Source: Eledone cirrhosa
Lineage: Eukaryota
Reading direction: 5' to 3'
Assembly: GCA_964016885.1 (NCBI GenBank)
Contig: OZ024740.1
Coordinates: forward strand, 76,260,001-76,324,000
Length of the DNA: 64,000 nt
The position numbers and the translations under genes were made by a program. The notes beneath the pieces were generated by a model, which saw only the letters and a list, made by a program, of their open reading frames with translations, searched no databases and was not told the origin of the DNA. Below, piece after piece: positions 13,060 through 26,461 of this stretch; position 1 is the stretch's first letter; each line of letters begins with the position of its first letter.

Positions 13060-14710
13060 TTACCTCTCTGCGTCCCGGGAAACGGGCCGCTCAATTTCCA
13101 TGCTGGTTGGGGATGGGTTGTTGGGTGGGGTGGTGGTTTGTGGAAGTGAAGGGGCATCGGTGTGTTGTGGGGTTGTGGTGTTTGTGGTTGAGTGGGTGTC
13201 TGGGTGGGGCGGGGGGGGGATTTTTTTTAGGAGGACGCGGTCGATTGGTTTGGCGCAGGGGGGGGGGGGGGGGGCACGTCCTCCGTGAAATTTATTTTCA
13301 GTGTTTTGTACAAGTGCATTGGGACTTTTATCATTTTTAAATGAGGTAGTCCCACAGCAGTTATAAAGTTAGGCCCTTCAGTTTGGACCGAAGGGTTTGC
13401 TGAAATTGTTTTCCGTAATTCTTTGTTGTCTGTGTTCATGTATGTATATTGTAAGGTCTTTTTTTGTGTAGCAGTTAGTGTTGTGTGACAGGGAGGGGTG
13501 GTTTGTGTGTAGTTTGTGTTCTCTTGGGGGGGGGGGGGGTTAAAGTTAACATGTGTGTCTGTGGTGCGTCTCCTCTTCTTTCTTTTTACTTGTTGGAAGG
13601 GATCTTTTTCGTCTTGCGACGAAAGGGGTTCGTCTTCCTTGTTGGGTGGGAGGGGTATGTTTTCTGGTAGTGTTTGCGGTGTGTGTGTTTTTGTATTTGT
13701 TTTGGGTGGGGAGGGATTAGGTGGGACAGTATTCTGTGTTATTTTTTCACGTGTTTGTTGTTGTGGTGGTGGTGGTGGGGTTGTTGGTTTTTGTCGTTGT
13801 TGTTGTTGTGGTTGTTTTTGTTGTTGTTGTTGGGGTGGTGTTGGTGTTGGTAGCAGTGTTTTTTTCTGTGTGAGCTGGGGACAGGCAGCCCTCAGGTGAC
13901 CTCTATTACCACAGAGGTAACAGGAGGGACGCCTACCCTCCACAATAATGTTGAGGTGGGTACGGTCATCCAGCACGACGCGCTCAGGGATTTGGGCGAT
14001 GCGTTCTGGCCTTATTTGGGTCAGAACTTCGATGCTCGTTCCACTGAACGCGTCGCCAGATGCCTTCCCTATTGAAATGAGGTTGTCCTCGTCTAAATTG
14101 AGGAAGCCGGTTAGTAACCACCAGTAGTTTATGTTTGGGGTGATGGTGGTTATCCATATCCTCTGGGTTTTTTTACCCATGTAGGTGGGGAAGAAGGTGT
14201 AGTGTGTGGACCGAATTGGCGACACAGAGTATTTTTTCGCCGCCAATTCGTCTTTCATCAATATGGATAAACTCCCATAGAGTTTATCCTTTTGTATAAA
14301 AGTGATGTCTCTCATCGCTTCTTTCAATACTAACTGAATTTCAGCTTGAGATGGTTGTGATGGTTTTTTTGTTTTATTTAAAATTGTTCGGAATACGACA
14401 GTTCGTAATTCCGTCTGTTTTTTTAGTTCTGGAGGTGAATGTATAGAAAACGAACCGTTTTCGCCAAAAGATACATATTTCTTGGCTTTTTCCAGCATTT
14501 CTTTTGCTTTTGAAATGTCTTCCAGCACATACGCGACTGATAATTTAGCCGTTTGTGCAAAAGATATTTTGTTTTCGCTTTGGATTTTAGTATTGTTTTG
14601 TTTCTCGTCGTTTGAGTTGTTTTCATCTTTGTTGTTGTTGTCTTTCTCGTTTGGTGTGTGAATACTTGTGACGTTTGTGTTGTTGTTGTTTTTGTTGTCA
14701 TTATTGTTGC

Positions 14711-14741
<31 letters not shown>

Positions 14742-14915
14742 TTCAAATTCTTGTATAGTTGTGGCTACATCTAGTGGTCGGTCAACAGGTGAAGACAATT
14801 CTTCCTCTCTCTGACCTCTGCCTTTGGCATCTGCTGCTGTGACAGTGGCAGGGGGAAACTGTGAGTATGACTTCCCCTTTCCTTCTTTGATTGATGGTGA
14901 AGATGCTTTAGCCAT
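13060..14915 (-). CDS. E3 ORF1: gag-like RNA-binding protein with CCHC zinc knuckle
   Basis: 565-aa frame 13227..14924 with poly-Asn, CYLCGNRGHLRAAC, Q/P tract and KRKKRR; apparent frameshift in the poly-G run near 13258-13274; true stop at 13060-13062 by alignment to E1. Confidence 0.85.
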
Positions 14916-15136
14916 TTTTCTCAAAATAGGGTTTTTCGAAGTTTTTCAAAAGATAAAACGTTTACAATACTATTTCGCCCAAAGGCGCAGAATATTTTGA
15001 GAGACCGACCAGATCAAAATTTGACCTGGCAGTCCCTCTACAAAATGGTACAAAAATGAAAGATAACAGTTTACAATTTCCGGATGAATTTAAACAAAAC
15101 TTACCGAGCGAGCTCAGCACATGTGTCCATCGTAAA

Positions 15137-15137
15137 G

Positions 15138-15184
<47 letters not shown>

Positions 15185-15189
15185 CACAG

Positions 15190-15278
<89 letters not shown>
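15137..15278. repeat. (GATA)n followed by (GA)n at the E3 5' junction
   Basis: Read directly. Confidence 0.96.
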
Positions 15279-15282
<4 letters not shown>

Positions 15283-15675
15283 AGTGGAGGAGGGCTCATA
15301 AATAGATTGATGAATAAATAGGTCAAAAGATACACAGGTACATACAGGGAAAATTTACACACGATACCTTGATAGTTTGTATTACTTTGAGCAACGAAAT
15401 AAAATCTAATTCCTTAAGTCATGTGACAAATTGACTTGTGTAAATAGGTCATTTAATGTAAGGGTGGAGGCGTTGTTGTTATTACAGGTGTGAATGGCGA
15501 CTGACATGGCAATTTCTGAAATCATTTCTATCTATAGCAATGTTTATTATGACGTGTCAGGTAAAACCTTGTAAAACATCAGCCCATGTCTAATATAGTC
15601 AATGTTTTTCGCACTTCCGGTCTTTTTCTATAATTAAAGTTACTCAGCAGTCCCCCATAACCACTATTCTACATT

Positions 15676-15743
15676 CACACACACACACAAACACACACAA
15701 ACACACACACACACACACACGCACACTCACACCACACACATAG

Positions 15744-15831
<88 letters not shown>
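15676..15831. repeat. (CA)n(TA)n compound microsatellite
   Basis: Read directly. Confidence 0.93.
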
Positions 15832-15833
<2 letters not shown>

Positions 15834-16673
15834 TAAAATATATACCCGCACATATCACATAGTTCGATACTTCCAGGAAACGAATTACCATATTTTCTCA
15901 CGTCCTGTTGTATTTGATTCTCCTCATGTTCGCTATTTAGGTATTTGTACCTTTTTTCTTTGTCCTTTGTTCTACTGTGTATGCACCCTCGGGTCTCGAA
16001 TAATCGTCCTCCCATCCCGCTTTTTAATTTTTCAGATTTTTTCTACCCTCCCCGCTTTCATTCTACACCTCTTCGCTTATTAAATTTTACTAATCTTTCT
16101 CCAGCAAAATTTTATTTTTTTATTAATTAATTTTTTATATATTATTAATTTTTTAATTAATTAATTTTTTTTTATACATTATTAATTTTTTTTATACATT
16201 AAAAAACATTTTACATGACAAAAAATACCTTACTAGAAATCCCATACATTATAAAATAAATAGAATAGGTTGGGGGTCTCAATATGTAAACTAAACGACT
16301 AATCCTGGTTTTAAAAATATCAAGAGAGACAACGTAGTAAAATTACTGATCCTCCCACGCTATTTGGAAAATGATAAATTTTCGCATTAATTTTAAAGAA
16401 TTTTTGTTGAAAAAATATCAAGAATGTTCACATTTTATAGTTTTGTTGTAAATATTTTAATAATTTTTCTCCTATATTCTGTAGGAAACTAGCAATATTT
16501 TCATTTTTATATTTTCTCACATTATTGTTTGCTAATTCGCCTTTTAAAAACTCGTTCTTTTCATTGTTTTATTTTAATTTTATTATATATATATATATTT
16601 CACTCTGGTAACTGAAAAATGAAGCAAGCCGTCCGAGGGAAATTTCTAGGAATTTTGAATAGACAATATATTT

Positions 16674-16862
16674 TAGCGGTGGATTGGCAGTATCGGTAGA
16701 GGGTCAGACGCCATGCTTTGCAGCAAAGAGTTACGGCCCTTTATGGTCTGAGTTCAAATACCGCCGAGGTTAACTTTACCTTTCCTCAATACGGGGTCGA
16801 TAAAATATAGTACCAGTAATACACTGGGATAATTGCTGGCCTTGTGCCAAAAGTAAAAACAA
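16674..16862 (+). mobile_element. tRNA-derived SINE family 1
   Basis: A-box-like TGGCAGTATCGG, B-box GTTCAAAT, core TTTCATCCTTACGGGGTCGATAAAATAAAGTACCAG-like (resembles the Meta-type SINE domain, from memory); about seven similar copies in the window. Confidence 0.8.
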
Positions 16863-18341
16863 ATATATTTCAGTTACTCTTTTTGAAAGGCAACCTGTTT
16901 ACAATTGTCATTTCACGAAAAGGGAAAGAGACTACTTTGAAGGAGAGTGACTGAAACATTTTCTCTGAAATATCAGGGATTTAACCAATCTATTTGTGTT
17001 TTAACTCATACCAATATTCAGGAATATTTTCTGTAGAGACCGAGAAATTGTTTGCTGATAATCGACAACTCCTCCATTAATAACCAGGCAAAACGATTGA
17101 CAAGGAGGAAATATAAAGATTAGGAGCTACCTAGGAGTCTAATACATTCTGTTTCACAATAATTCCATCTATACTGAAAAGAAATACCTTTCTTATTTGA
17201 ATAGAAAGTCGATTAAAAATTTCAAACAATCAATTTTAAATTATCTGACATTGATTTTATCGCTAAAAGGTCCATCAATTAAATGTAGCAGGTTGTCGCA
17301 ACCATTTCCTGAATAAACATGGAGTCTCATTGTTTTTTTACTATAGCGAGAAATGTATGTTAGATGATTAGCAAAGAAAGCGAAAGAATGTAAAATGCAT
17401 CACATAGTAAAACCAATCGCACATCATGCTGCAAACATTTATGGACACTACTTCTGGTACCCGTCACTGAAGAACAATTATTGCTGGCGAATCCAAGAAT
17501 ATTTTCGGATGGAATGTTTCTCTATTGTTACGAAGATTGTAATGTAAAGATCAAGGTTTCATTGTAAAATATCAAGCTTATTCAAACGAAAGAATCTCAC
17601 AACTATAGATAAAATTTGTTTAAGTGAAATATCTGTACTTTCATCAATTGTTTTGAAGATAACCTTTATCACTGTTTTTTCATAAAGGTTATTTAATGCT
17701 GAATGATATATGAAAGTTTGGATCTTGTCATTGCTAATTTTTCAGCTAATTTTTCAGCAAATTTACTATCCAGAAATTATTTTTTGCATACTATCATAGG
17801 GTGATCAATATTTGCTTAGAGAATGTTATGTTTAGCAAATTCACTTTTAGCTGTTTGTTTACTAGATTATCCACATAAAAAAGACTTCTTTTGTAGAAGT
17901 TCTGTGTTTCATTAGTGTGGATTTATTGTATTTCTCAGAGTAACACTGCGACACCAATCTGTAAATACAAACCTTGCAGTCATTGTTTCAGGGATGATTG
18001 TACATGCTACATCGTCTTTTGTTTTCAATAGGAGCTTCAAGTCCATCATGCTCTATGATAGAAGGTAAGCCATATACAAATGTAACAGAAAATGGGGTAG
18101 TTTATACAAACGCCGTGACACCCAACCAACACCAACACTAAACACTGGGGTCATCAGATGTAAGAAAGTGTATATATAAGTCTATATTCGTCCGATCTTT
18201 ATGTGTACATGTCTGTCAGTCTAAGTGTCTGTTTATATGTTTACATATGTGTCGATCTATCTCTATTTGAGTGTATGTGTGAGCCATTGGAGTGTGTTTG
18301 TGTGTGTTAGTTTATGTGTATATATTATTCAACTATTATAT

Positions 18342-18502
18342 ATAGCGGTGAATTGGCAGTATCGGTAGAGGGTCGGACGCCATGCTTTGAGTTCAAATCC
18401 CGCCGAGGTTAACTTTGCCTTTCATCCTTACGGGGCCGATAAAATAAAGTACCAGTAATGTACTGGATAATTGCTGGCCTTGTGCCAATAGTAGAAACAA
18501 TT
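18342..18502 (+). mobile_element. SINE family 1 copy with internal deletion
   Basis: Similar to 16674-16862. Confidence 0.8.
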
Positions 18503-19009
18503 ATATATAGTTCATCTGCATTGTGACAGCTTTCCAAATAACAAACATATTCTAAAATGTTTAAATTTTTCCAATATTTCGTAAACGACCCAATGATAAA
18601 ATGTAGTCGTCCAGTACACTGCAGATATGCAGTTTGATTACCGCAGGCGTTTCTGTTCACTTGTGTCACCTACAATGGTATTTTATTTGAATTATTCAAG
18701 TATTACTTATAGTTCATTTGCAGTGTGCGGCTTTTCAAAAAGAATATGTATTTTCAAATTTTCCCCAAGCTATTGATTACCGAATGTTTTACCTAAAATA
18801 CGTTGATTTAGAAGATTCGTCTGCCAATCGGATTTTTTCATTGTTATTGTTGTATTTGTCACGTTCCTTCCGTTTCGTTTGTTGGTATTTTGTTCTATTT
18901 CCAACTCGTTTCATTACATTTTATTTATCACATATTCCAACCTAAAGCTGTACTCTCTCGTTTCTCTGACGTTTGGCTTACTACGACTACTTACTATTAA
19001 CTGCGACCA

Positions 19010-19232
19010 GGGCGTTGGACTGGCAGTATCGGTAGAGCGTCGGACAACATGCTTTGCAGTATAGAGTTTATGGCTCTTTATGATCTGATTTCAAATCCCG
19101 GCGAGGTTAACTTTGCTTTCCATCCTTACCAGGGTCGATAAAATAAAGTACCAGTAATGCACTGGGGTTGATTTAATCGACTTTCTCCTCCACCAAAATT
19201 GTGGCCTTGTGCCTAAATCAGAAACCATTATT
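19010..19232 (+). mobile_element. SINE family 1 copy
   Basis: Similar to 16674-16862. Confidence 0.8.
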
Positions 19233-19804
19233 AACTCTGAACAGATATATCTTTCTCGTCTGCCATACTGAATTCTCTCTTACACAGTCTACTCGATTCT
19301 CTCCCCTTGTTCTTTGCTAGATCCACCATGGGTTATACGCTCTCTCTCTCTTCACAGCCATGATGAACACATTCTCTCTTTCTGTCTAAACATGGTTCTT
19401 TATCCTTCCTCTAACGTTGTATTCTCCATTTTATCTGTATCTAGCGACCGACTGTTTGATCTTGATATTACTCCCATTTTGTTCCTGGCTTTTTATAATT
19501 TTATCCCAGGAATTTATTTACACATTTTCTGTTCGTCAAACCTACTTGGTTATTAGTTATTCACCGTTCCTGCTGTTTCATCTCGTTCAAATGACGCCTT
19601 CTTAATTTGGAAGTGCCGTCGTGGTAGGACTGTAAGCTATGGTGTCAGTAATATTTTCATACTGCAAAGCCGCTGCTTTAGAGGAGGCTACTGACGCTCA
19701 GGATTTTAAAAATTGTTGTGTTTGTCATGTCCACATTTTACCGGTTGTTTCTTTACTGTCACTTTTGTTCGTGTTTTCCCCATTTTCCACTCGGTTCATT
19801 ACAT

Positions 19805-19985
19805 AGGTGAAGGTGCGTGGGCTACAGGTTAAAGTGTTAGAGTTACGTTAATAATGTTGAGAGTTCGCGGTGTGTTCTTGAGCACAACATTTAATACACT
19901 AAGCTGAAAATGAATACCGGCAGCAGCTGGGGGTTAACAATGCGATGGACTGGCATCCTATCCAGGAGGTTGTCATATACATTCA
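19805..19985 (+). mobile_element. Degenerate tRNA-derived SINE of a second family
   Basis: GTGAAGGTGCGTGG head, TTCTTGAGCA core and GCGATGGACTGGCATCCTATCCAGG motif; the head matches the reverse complement of 34700-34720. Confidence 0.55.
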
Positions 19986-20279
19986 ATTGATTAATGCCGA
20001 TACGAAAATGAAACCGCGGATAAGCTCATTGCTTGGAACAGACTTTAATTTTTGTAACTATTTTCGCTACATATTATTTACCACACATTCCAATACAAAA
20101 CAGAGCTCTACCATTTCTCTGATACACTTACCAATTACGCACCACCACCCACCAGTTTACTACTATTATAAACTCAACCAAAGCACTACCAACACTAGCG
20201 ACATATTTTTCACACCCTACAAATATTACTATGCCCTCAGAATAGGTTGCCGAAACCACTTGGCGCCGCGGTTGGGATT

Positions 20280-20282
<3 letters not shown>

Positions 20283-20319
<37 letters not shown>

Positions 20320-20431
20320 ACAGATACATATATATATATACACGCACACATATATATGTATATGTATACATATATATACATATATATACATACATGGCCT
20401 CAGCCGGATGGCTGGAACAGGTAAAAAAAAA

Positions 20432-20513
<82 letters not shown>

Positions 20514-20560
20514 GTGTGTGCGTGCGTGCGTGTGTGTGTGTGCGTGTGCGTGTGTCTGTC
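20283..20560. repeat. (CA)n/(TA)n/(TG)n microsatellite cluster
   Basis: Read directly. Confidence 0.9.
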
Positions 20561-20899
20561 TATTTTACTAAATATATAGACTCTCCGGTTCATGTTCATC
20601 GGCACATGTTGAACAAGCTGGTCCTCAGTGACCAACGAAACGTACGTACCTGGTATGGTTCCGTTGTCATAACTGGCCTTAATAATTATATATATATATA
20701 AGGTAAATTATATAAGTTGATGATACAACTGACTGTATAAAGCATTCAGATATTTAAAGCTCTAATGTAATTTTGTCCACATCAGATTAGCTAAAGGTAG
20801 TTCAGAATATATTCATTTTAATCTTTTTCATCTTTTAACTTATTTAAAAAAACTTCTGACCATTTCATACGGCAATACAAGAAATAGTCGAAACTTAAA

Positions 20900-22440
20900 T
20901 CGAGGATTTATGTGGTGGCTTGGAATGTATGTATATTGCAAGTCCACATAAGACAACCTGAGCGGAGAACAACTATTGTTGCGCATGCTCTGAAGGAAGA
21001 ACGCATTGACATTGCTACTTTGTCGGAAACAAGACTTTCAGGATCTGGTCAACTTAAGGAAGTACTCGGTGGTTACATCTTCTTTTCGATTGGGAAACAA
21101 AAAACTGAAACACGAGAATTTGGAGTGGAGATTGCCATGAGAACTATCATTGCAAACAACCATGAATCATTGCCAACGAGCACAAATGAGCGTCTTATAT
21201 GTTTATTACTCCCAATTGGTAAAACAAACATATCACATTGATTAGCTACTCTGTCCCAACATTGAAATTTTCTGAGACTATCATCAAAAGACATAAAAGC
21301 TTTAGTATATTCAAACGGTGAACAATCAGAGTCGTTTGATGTGAAAAATAGTACAAAACAAGGATGTGTATTGGCCCCAGTGCATTTTGCCTTATGATTC
21401 TCAGTAATGCTTCAATATGCTTTTTCAGACGTTGCTGAAAGTGTCTTATTGCAATATTAAACGACAGGGTGCATCTTCAATCAGCAACGCTTCAAAGCAA
21501 GAACTAGAATAGCGTATCAAACGTTATGCGATTTGCTCTTTGCAGATGGCTGTGCATTACTTGTACACTCCCTAGGAGACATGGAGTTCGTTGTTGTTAT
21601 GTTTGCTTCAGCAGCTAGAACTTTCGAATTAATAATAAGCATAAAAATGTCTGAACTCATGTTTCAACCAAGGCCAGGATAGCAAAAACCACGGATTTAT
21701 GTTGAAGGCAAAACTTTGAAGAAAGTTGGTAGTTTTACACAACTTTGATCAACTGTAACTAGTGGTGCAAAGTTAGACAAGGAAACTGAAATACGCATGA
21801 GAAAGGCAAGTTCAGAGTTTGATAAACATTATGGTAGACTATGGGATACTCACGATATGTCAATCAAAACAAAAGTCGATATATATAAACCTGTTATTCT
21901 TACAATTCTATTTTAAGGGACAGAAGCCTGAACTCCTTATCGCAAACTTATAAATCAAATAAGCAGTTTCCATATGAGGTGTCTAAGGCATACGTGAGGT
22001 GTAAAATAAGATGATAGAGTGAAAAATAGCGACGTGTTATTGCAATGCAATATTTCTGGAATAGAAACGACGTTTTTGATCAAAGTGGCGTGGATGGTAA
22101 AAGAATTCCAAAGCAATCTCATATGGTCAAATTTAAGGCTCTCGTAGAAAAATAGGCCGACTATTACTTCGCTATAAAGACAAACACAGGGAAAATTTGA
22201 AACATCTGAATATGATTATTAACTGGTGGGAAGATTTTGCCAATAATAAGAGAGAGTGGAAAAAGCAATGCCACATGATGCTTGTTAACTTTGAAGCAGA
22301 ACGTTATCTCGTCATCAAGGCCAGTTATATGTAAATCGAAAACACAATTACCAACATAACACCGTTCGTGTAAACTATCAGTGTCTTCAATGTAGCTTTT
22401 CAGCTAGGTCACATGCTAGGCTAAGAGTTATCTCAAAACT
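20900..22440 (+). mobile_element. Decayed RTE-clade LINE with internal deletion
   Basis: AWNV...PERRT..VA..L....IDIATLSETRL (RTE endonuclease start), then KQGCVLAP..F and LLFADGC (RT); many stops. Confidence 0.78.
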
Positions 22441-22443
22441 CAC

Positions 22444-23139
<696 letters not shown>

Positions 23140-23215
23140 TTAAACGGCTCAGAAATATTCCCTTCTTTGAGCTATTTAATTGTAAAAGACTATTTCGAGT
23201 TTATAACTCAATATA

Positions 23216-23259
<44 letters not shown>

Positions 23260-24133
23260 TTGTGTCCTTTTACATCCCGGATCACAGGCCTCGCGCATCA
23301 GGACTGAGCAGAGTCTGATTTCCCCAATGGACTCAACTCTCTTCCCCTATTTCATATGTTCTTACTTCTCTACCCCTAGCCATTGTCACCCTTACCTCGT
23401 CCGTTTTTACACACACGCGCGTACTTTCAGGCCCTAGATTCCCATGACTCTGTTATGGTCTAAAACACATATTCTTACAGCTTATACAGACAAAAAAAAA
23501 CACACACACACACGCACTCACCCTTATATACACACACATTTGCTCACAGCCTCGTACTTAGAAACAGACACACACATACACACATACACTCACTTATACT
23601 TACATGTAGACATACATATGCTCTTAGCTTCTTATGGATGTATACAACCACACACACACGCGTATACACACGCACACACGCACAGCTCAATATACTATAC
23701 GGTTTTCCACCTTTCATGCGATAGATCACCTCCTTTTAAAACTTGATTATCATACACAAAACGCTAGCATAAGCAGTTTTCCTAGAGATGGCGACCTGAG
23801 TGGACATATTATTTTTCTCTAAAACATTTTGTTGTCGTTATTAACCTCAGGACAGGCCTAATAGATGTAAAGAGACTGATAATTCTTGGTCTTTCATGCC
23901 ATGACCTTACCCTGCTTTTCTTCCAAAATAAGGGATCTTAGATATCATTATTCAATGCGTCATTTTTTTACAAGTAGATTGTGGTTGAAAATGAGGTTTA
24001 GTTTCTCGCAGGTCAAGCAATCACGCAGAGACCCTCTCATTGGGTTGAAATCTGTCAGTAGTTCTGGACTGAAGCAGAATTGTTTGAAAATAATCGAAGG
24101 ATACTTAGAGGACTTGCCACCTATCTATCTATC

Positions 24134-24516
24134 AACAATTGATTCCCTTCTTTAAGTATCACTTTAGAAGGAGAATCAGAGTGGAGAGAGAGGCACTGCA
24201 CCCCAGTAAATTTACTGAAAGGTGGGTGAATGAAGCGAAAATGGCCCGAGTGATTGGGCCTTCTCTGTTTATAAGCCTGTAGGTTAAAGAAGAGAGCAAA
24301 AGGAAGAAGGGAGCACTTGCACAACACGCTCCTGGAGTTGAGGGTTGTTCTATCGACGGGGTATTAAACAACCCATTTGTGGGGCCTCCCCCCTATTGGG
24401 GATTTCGATTGTTATAATTGTTTGTTTCAATATTTTTACACGACTGTGTGTAAAATCCCCGGCATGTGTCTTTGTATTGTCCCCTTTTCTTGTGCACCCT
24501 TGTGGCAAATAAAGAA

Positions 24517-24518
<2 letters not shown>
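24134..24518 (+). mobile_element. 5'-truncated Tx1 3' end (subfamily B)
   Basis: Preceded by CTATCTATCTATC; matches 56325-56705; ends AATAAAGAAAT then (CTAT)n. Confidence 0.9.

Positions 24519-24590
<72 letters not shown>
24519..24590. repeat. (CTAT)n target/spacer
   Basis: Read directly. Confidence 0.96.
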
Positions 24591-25550
24591 GGGAGGCTGG
24601 CACATCGAATGTGCTCAGGCGCTCAGTCCTCTGGCAGACGGACCCGGCGATCAGTGGAGACTCCACTTCGACATTCTATAGAGGGTTGGTCCGCAGCAAG
24701 TGCGACGACACGCTCGGAGAAACTCTAGGCATAGAGGAGGACGAACTGGCCAGTCTGTTCGGTAGGACCTTCCGCCCGGGACCAATAGACAACTTCCAAA
24801 AGTCCCTGGCCTGGCAGTGCTACCGAGGAGCTATACCAGTTCGAGACAAGCTCTACAGACACGGGCGCCCGGGTAGGGACCCTTCGAAAAAGATCTGTCC
24901 GAGATGCGTGCGCGACGAGGAAACCGTCGCACACGCATTTGTACACTGCCCGGACGTTACCGACCTGTGGAGCTATGTAGAACGACTATTGTCGCGGGTG
25001 GGACCAATCCAGTTGACCACCGAGTCCATTGTCATGATCAAACCGCCACCCTCCTTCAAAGACGAGGGAGAGGCGGTTTTCCTATGTGTTATGGCTATGG
25101 TGAAAGAGGTTATATGGTAGACGAGGTTAAAAGGGCTGAGGTCTGACACCTTTCTCTCCGGCGAGCAACTGATTCGTTTTTTCAAATATCATTTTGGAAG
25201 AAGAATCAGGATGGAGAGAGAGGTGCTGTATCCCAGCAAATTTTATATAAGGTGGGTGAATGTGGCAAAGATGGCCCGAGTGGTTGGGCCTTCTCTCTAT
25301 ATAAGCCTGTAGGTTGAGGAAAAAGAGGAAGAGAGGAAGGGAGTACTCACTGTTAGTGCTCCTGGAGATGAGGGTTGTACATTTTTTTTCGGGGTGTGTA
25401 CAACCCCTGTGTAACACCTCCCCCCTATTGGGGATTTCAATTGTTATTTGTTATTTTATTAATAGTTTTATTTTCATATACCTGTATGTAAACTCCCCAT
25501 TTGTATTTGTCCCCTTCTTTTGTGCCCTTGTGGCTAATAAAGAAATTTTT
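24591..25550 (+). mobile_element. 5'-truncated Tx1 3' end (subfamily C), ORF2 C-terminus plus 3'UTR
   Basis: CPRCVRDEETVAHAFVHC; similar to 52757-53718; followed by (CTAT)n at 25551-25590. Confidence 0.9.
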
Positions 25551-25590
<40 letters not shown>

Positions 25591-25866
25591 CCCGAGTGAT
25601 TGGGCCTTTTCTGTTTATAAGCCTGTAGATTAAAGAAGAGAGCAAAAGGAAGAAAGGAGCACTTGCACAACACGCTCCTGAAGTTGAGGGTCGTTCTATC
25701 TACGGGGGATTAAACAACGCATTTGTGGCGCCTCTCCCTTATTGGGGATTTCGATTGTTATAATTGTTTGTTTCAATATTTTTACACGATTGTATGTAAA
25801 ATCCGCAGCATGTGTCTTTGTATTGTCCCCTTTTCTTGTGCGCCCTTGTGGCAAATAAAGAAATAT
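25591..25866 (+). mobile_element. 5'-truncated Tx1 3'UTR (subfamily B)
   Basis: Matches 24245-24518; followed by CTAT/CTGT repeat. Confidence 0.88.
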
Positions 25867-25908
25867 ATCTATCTCTCTATCTATCTGTCTGTCTGTCTGT
25901 CTCTCTAT

Positions 25909-26461
25909 CGCGTATGGGACAAATCCAGTTGACTGCCGAGTCCATAGTAAGGATCAAACCGCCAACTTCTTTCAAAAGCAAAAGAGAGGCGGTTTTCCTC
26001 TGTATAGTGTCTATGGTGAAAGAGGTTATATGGTGGACGAGATTGAGAGGACTGAGAACAGATGCCTTTCTCTCCGGCCACAACTCATTCCCTTCTTTAG
26101 GTACCACTTTAGAAGGAGAATCAGAATGGAGAGAGAGGCACTGCACCCCAGGAAATTTACTGAAAGGTGGGTGAATGTAGCAAAAATAGCCCGAGTGATT
26201 GGGCCTTCTCTGTATATAAACCTGTAGGTTGAAGAAGAGAGCAAAAGGAAGGAGCACTTGCACAACACGCTCCTGAAATTGAGGGTTGTTCTATCGACGG
26301 GGTATTAAACAACCCATTTGTGGCGCCTCCCCCCTATTGGAGATTTCGATTGTTAAATTTGTTTGTTTCAATATTTTTACACGACTGTATGTAAAATCCC
26401 CGGCATGTGTCCTTGTTTTGTCCCCTTTTCTTGTGCGCCCCTGTGGCAAATAAAGAAATAT
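25909..26461 (+). mobile_element. 5'-truncated Tx1 3' end (subfamily B)
   Basis: SRMGQIQLTAESIVRIKPP... plus 3'UTR; ends AATAAAGAAATA then TATC repeat. Confidence 0.9.

Larger units (their letters stand above)
9334..15136 (-). mobile_element. Tx1/L1-clade LINE copy E3 (subfamily A), full-length and nearly intact, about 5.8 kb
   Basis: Flanked on both sides by GATA repeats; ORF1 and ORF2 each broken only by one apparent small frameshift. Confidence 0.95.

Noticed and set aside
57-13899. Many plus-strand ORFs overlapping E1-E3, and minus-strand ORFs over E4-E7
   Set aside because: Antisense shadows of LINE ORFs; they recur only because the elements are homologous.
16674-16770. tRNA gene suggested by A- and B-box motifs
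   Set aside because: No cloverleaf is evident, and it continues into a multi-copy SINE body.
16880-18120. Possible decayed coding or DNA-transposon sequence
   Set aside because: No ORF or motif I can identify; it would need BLASTX or Dfam searches.
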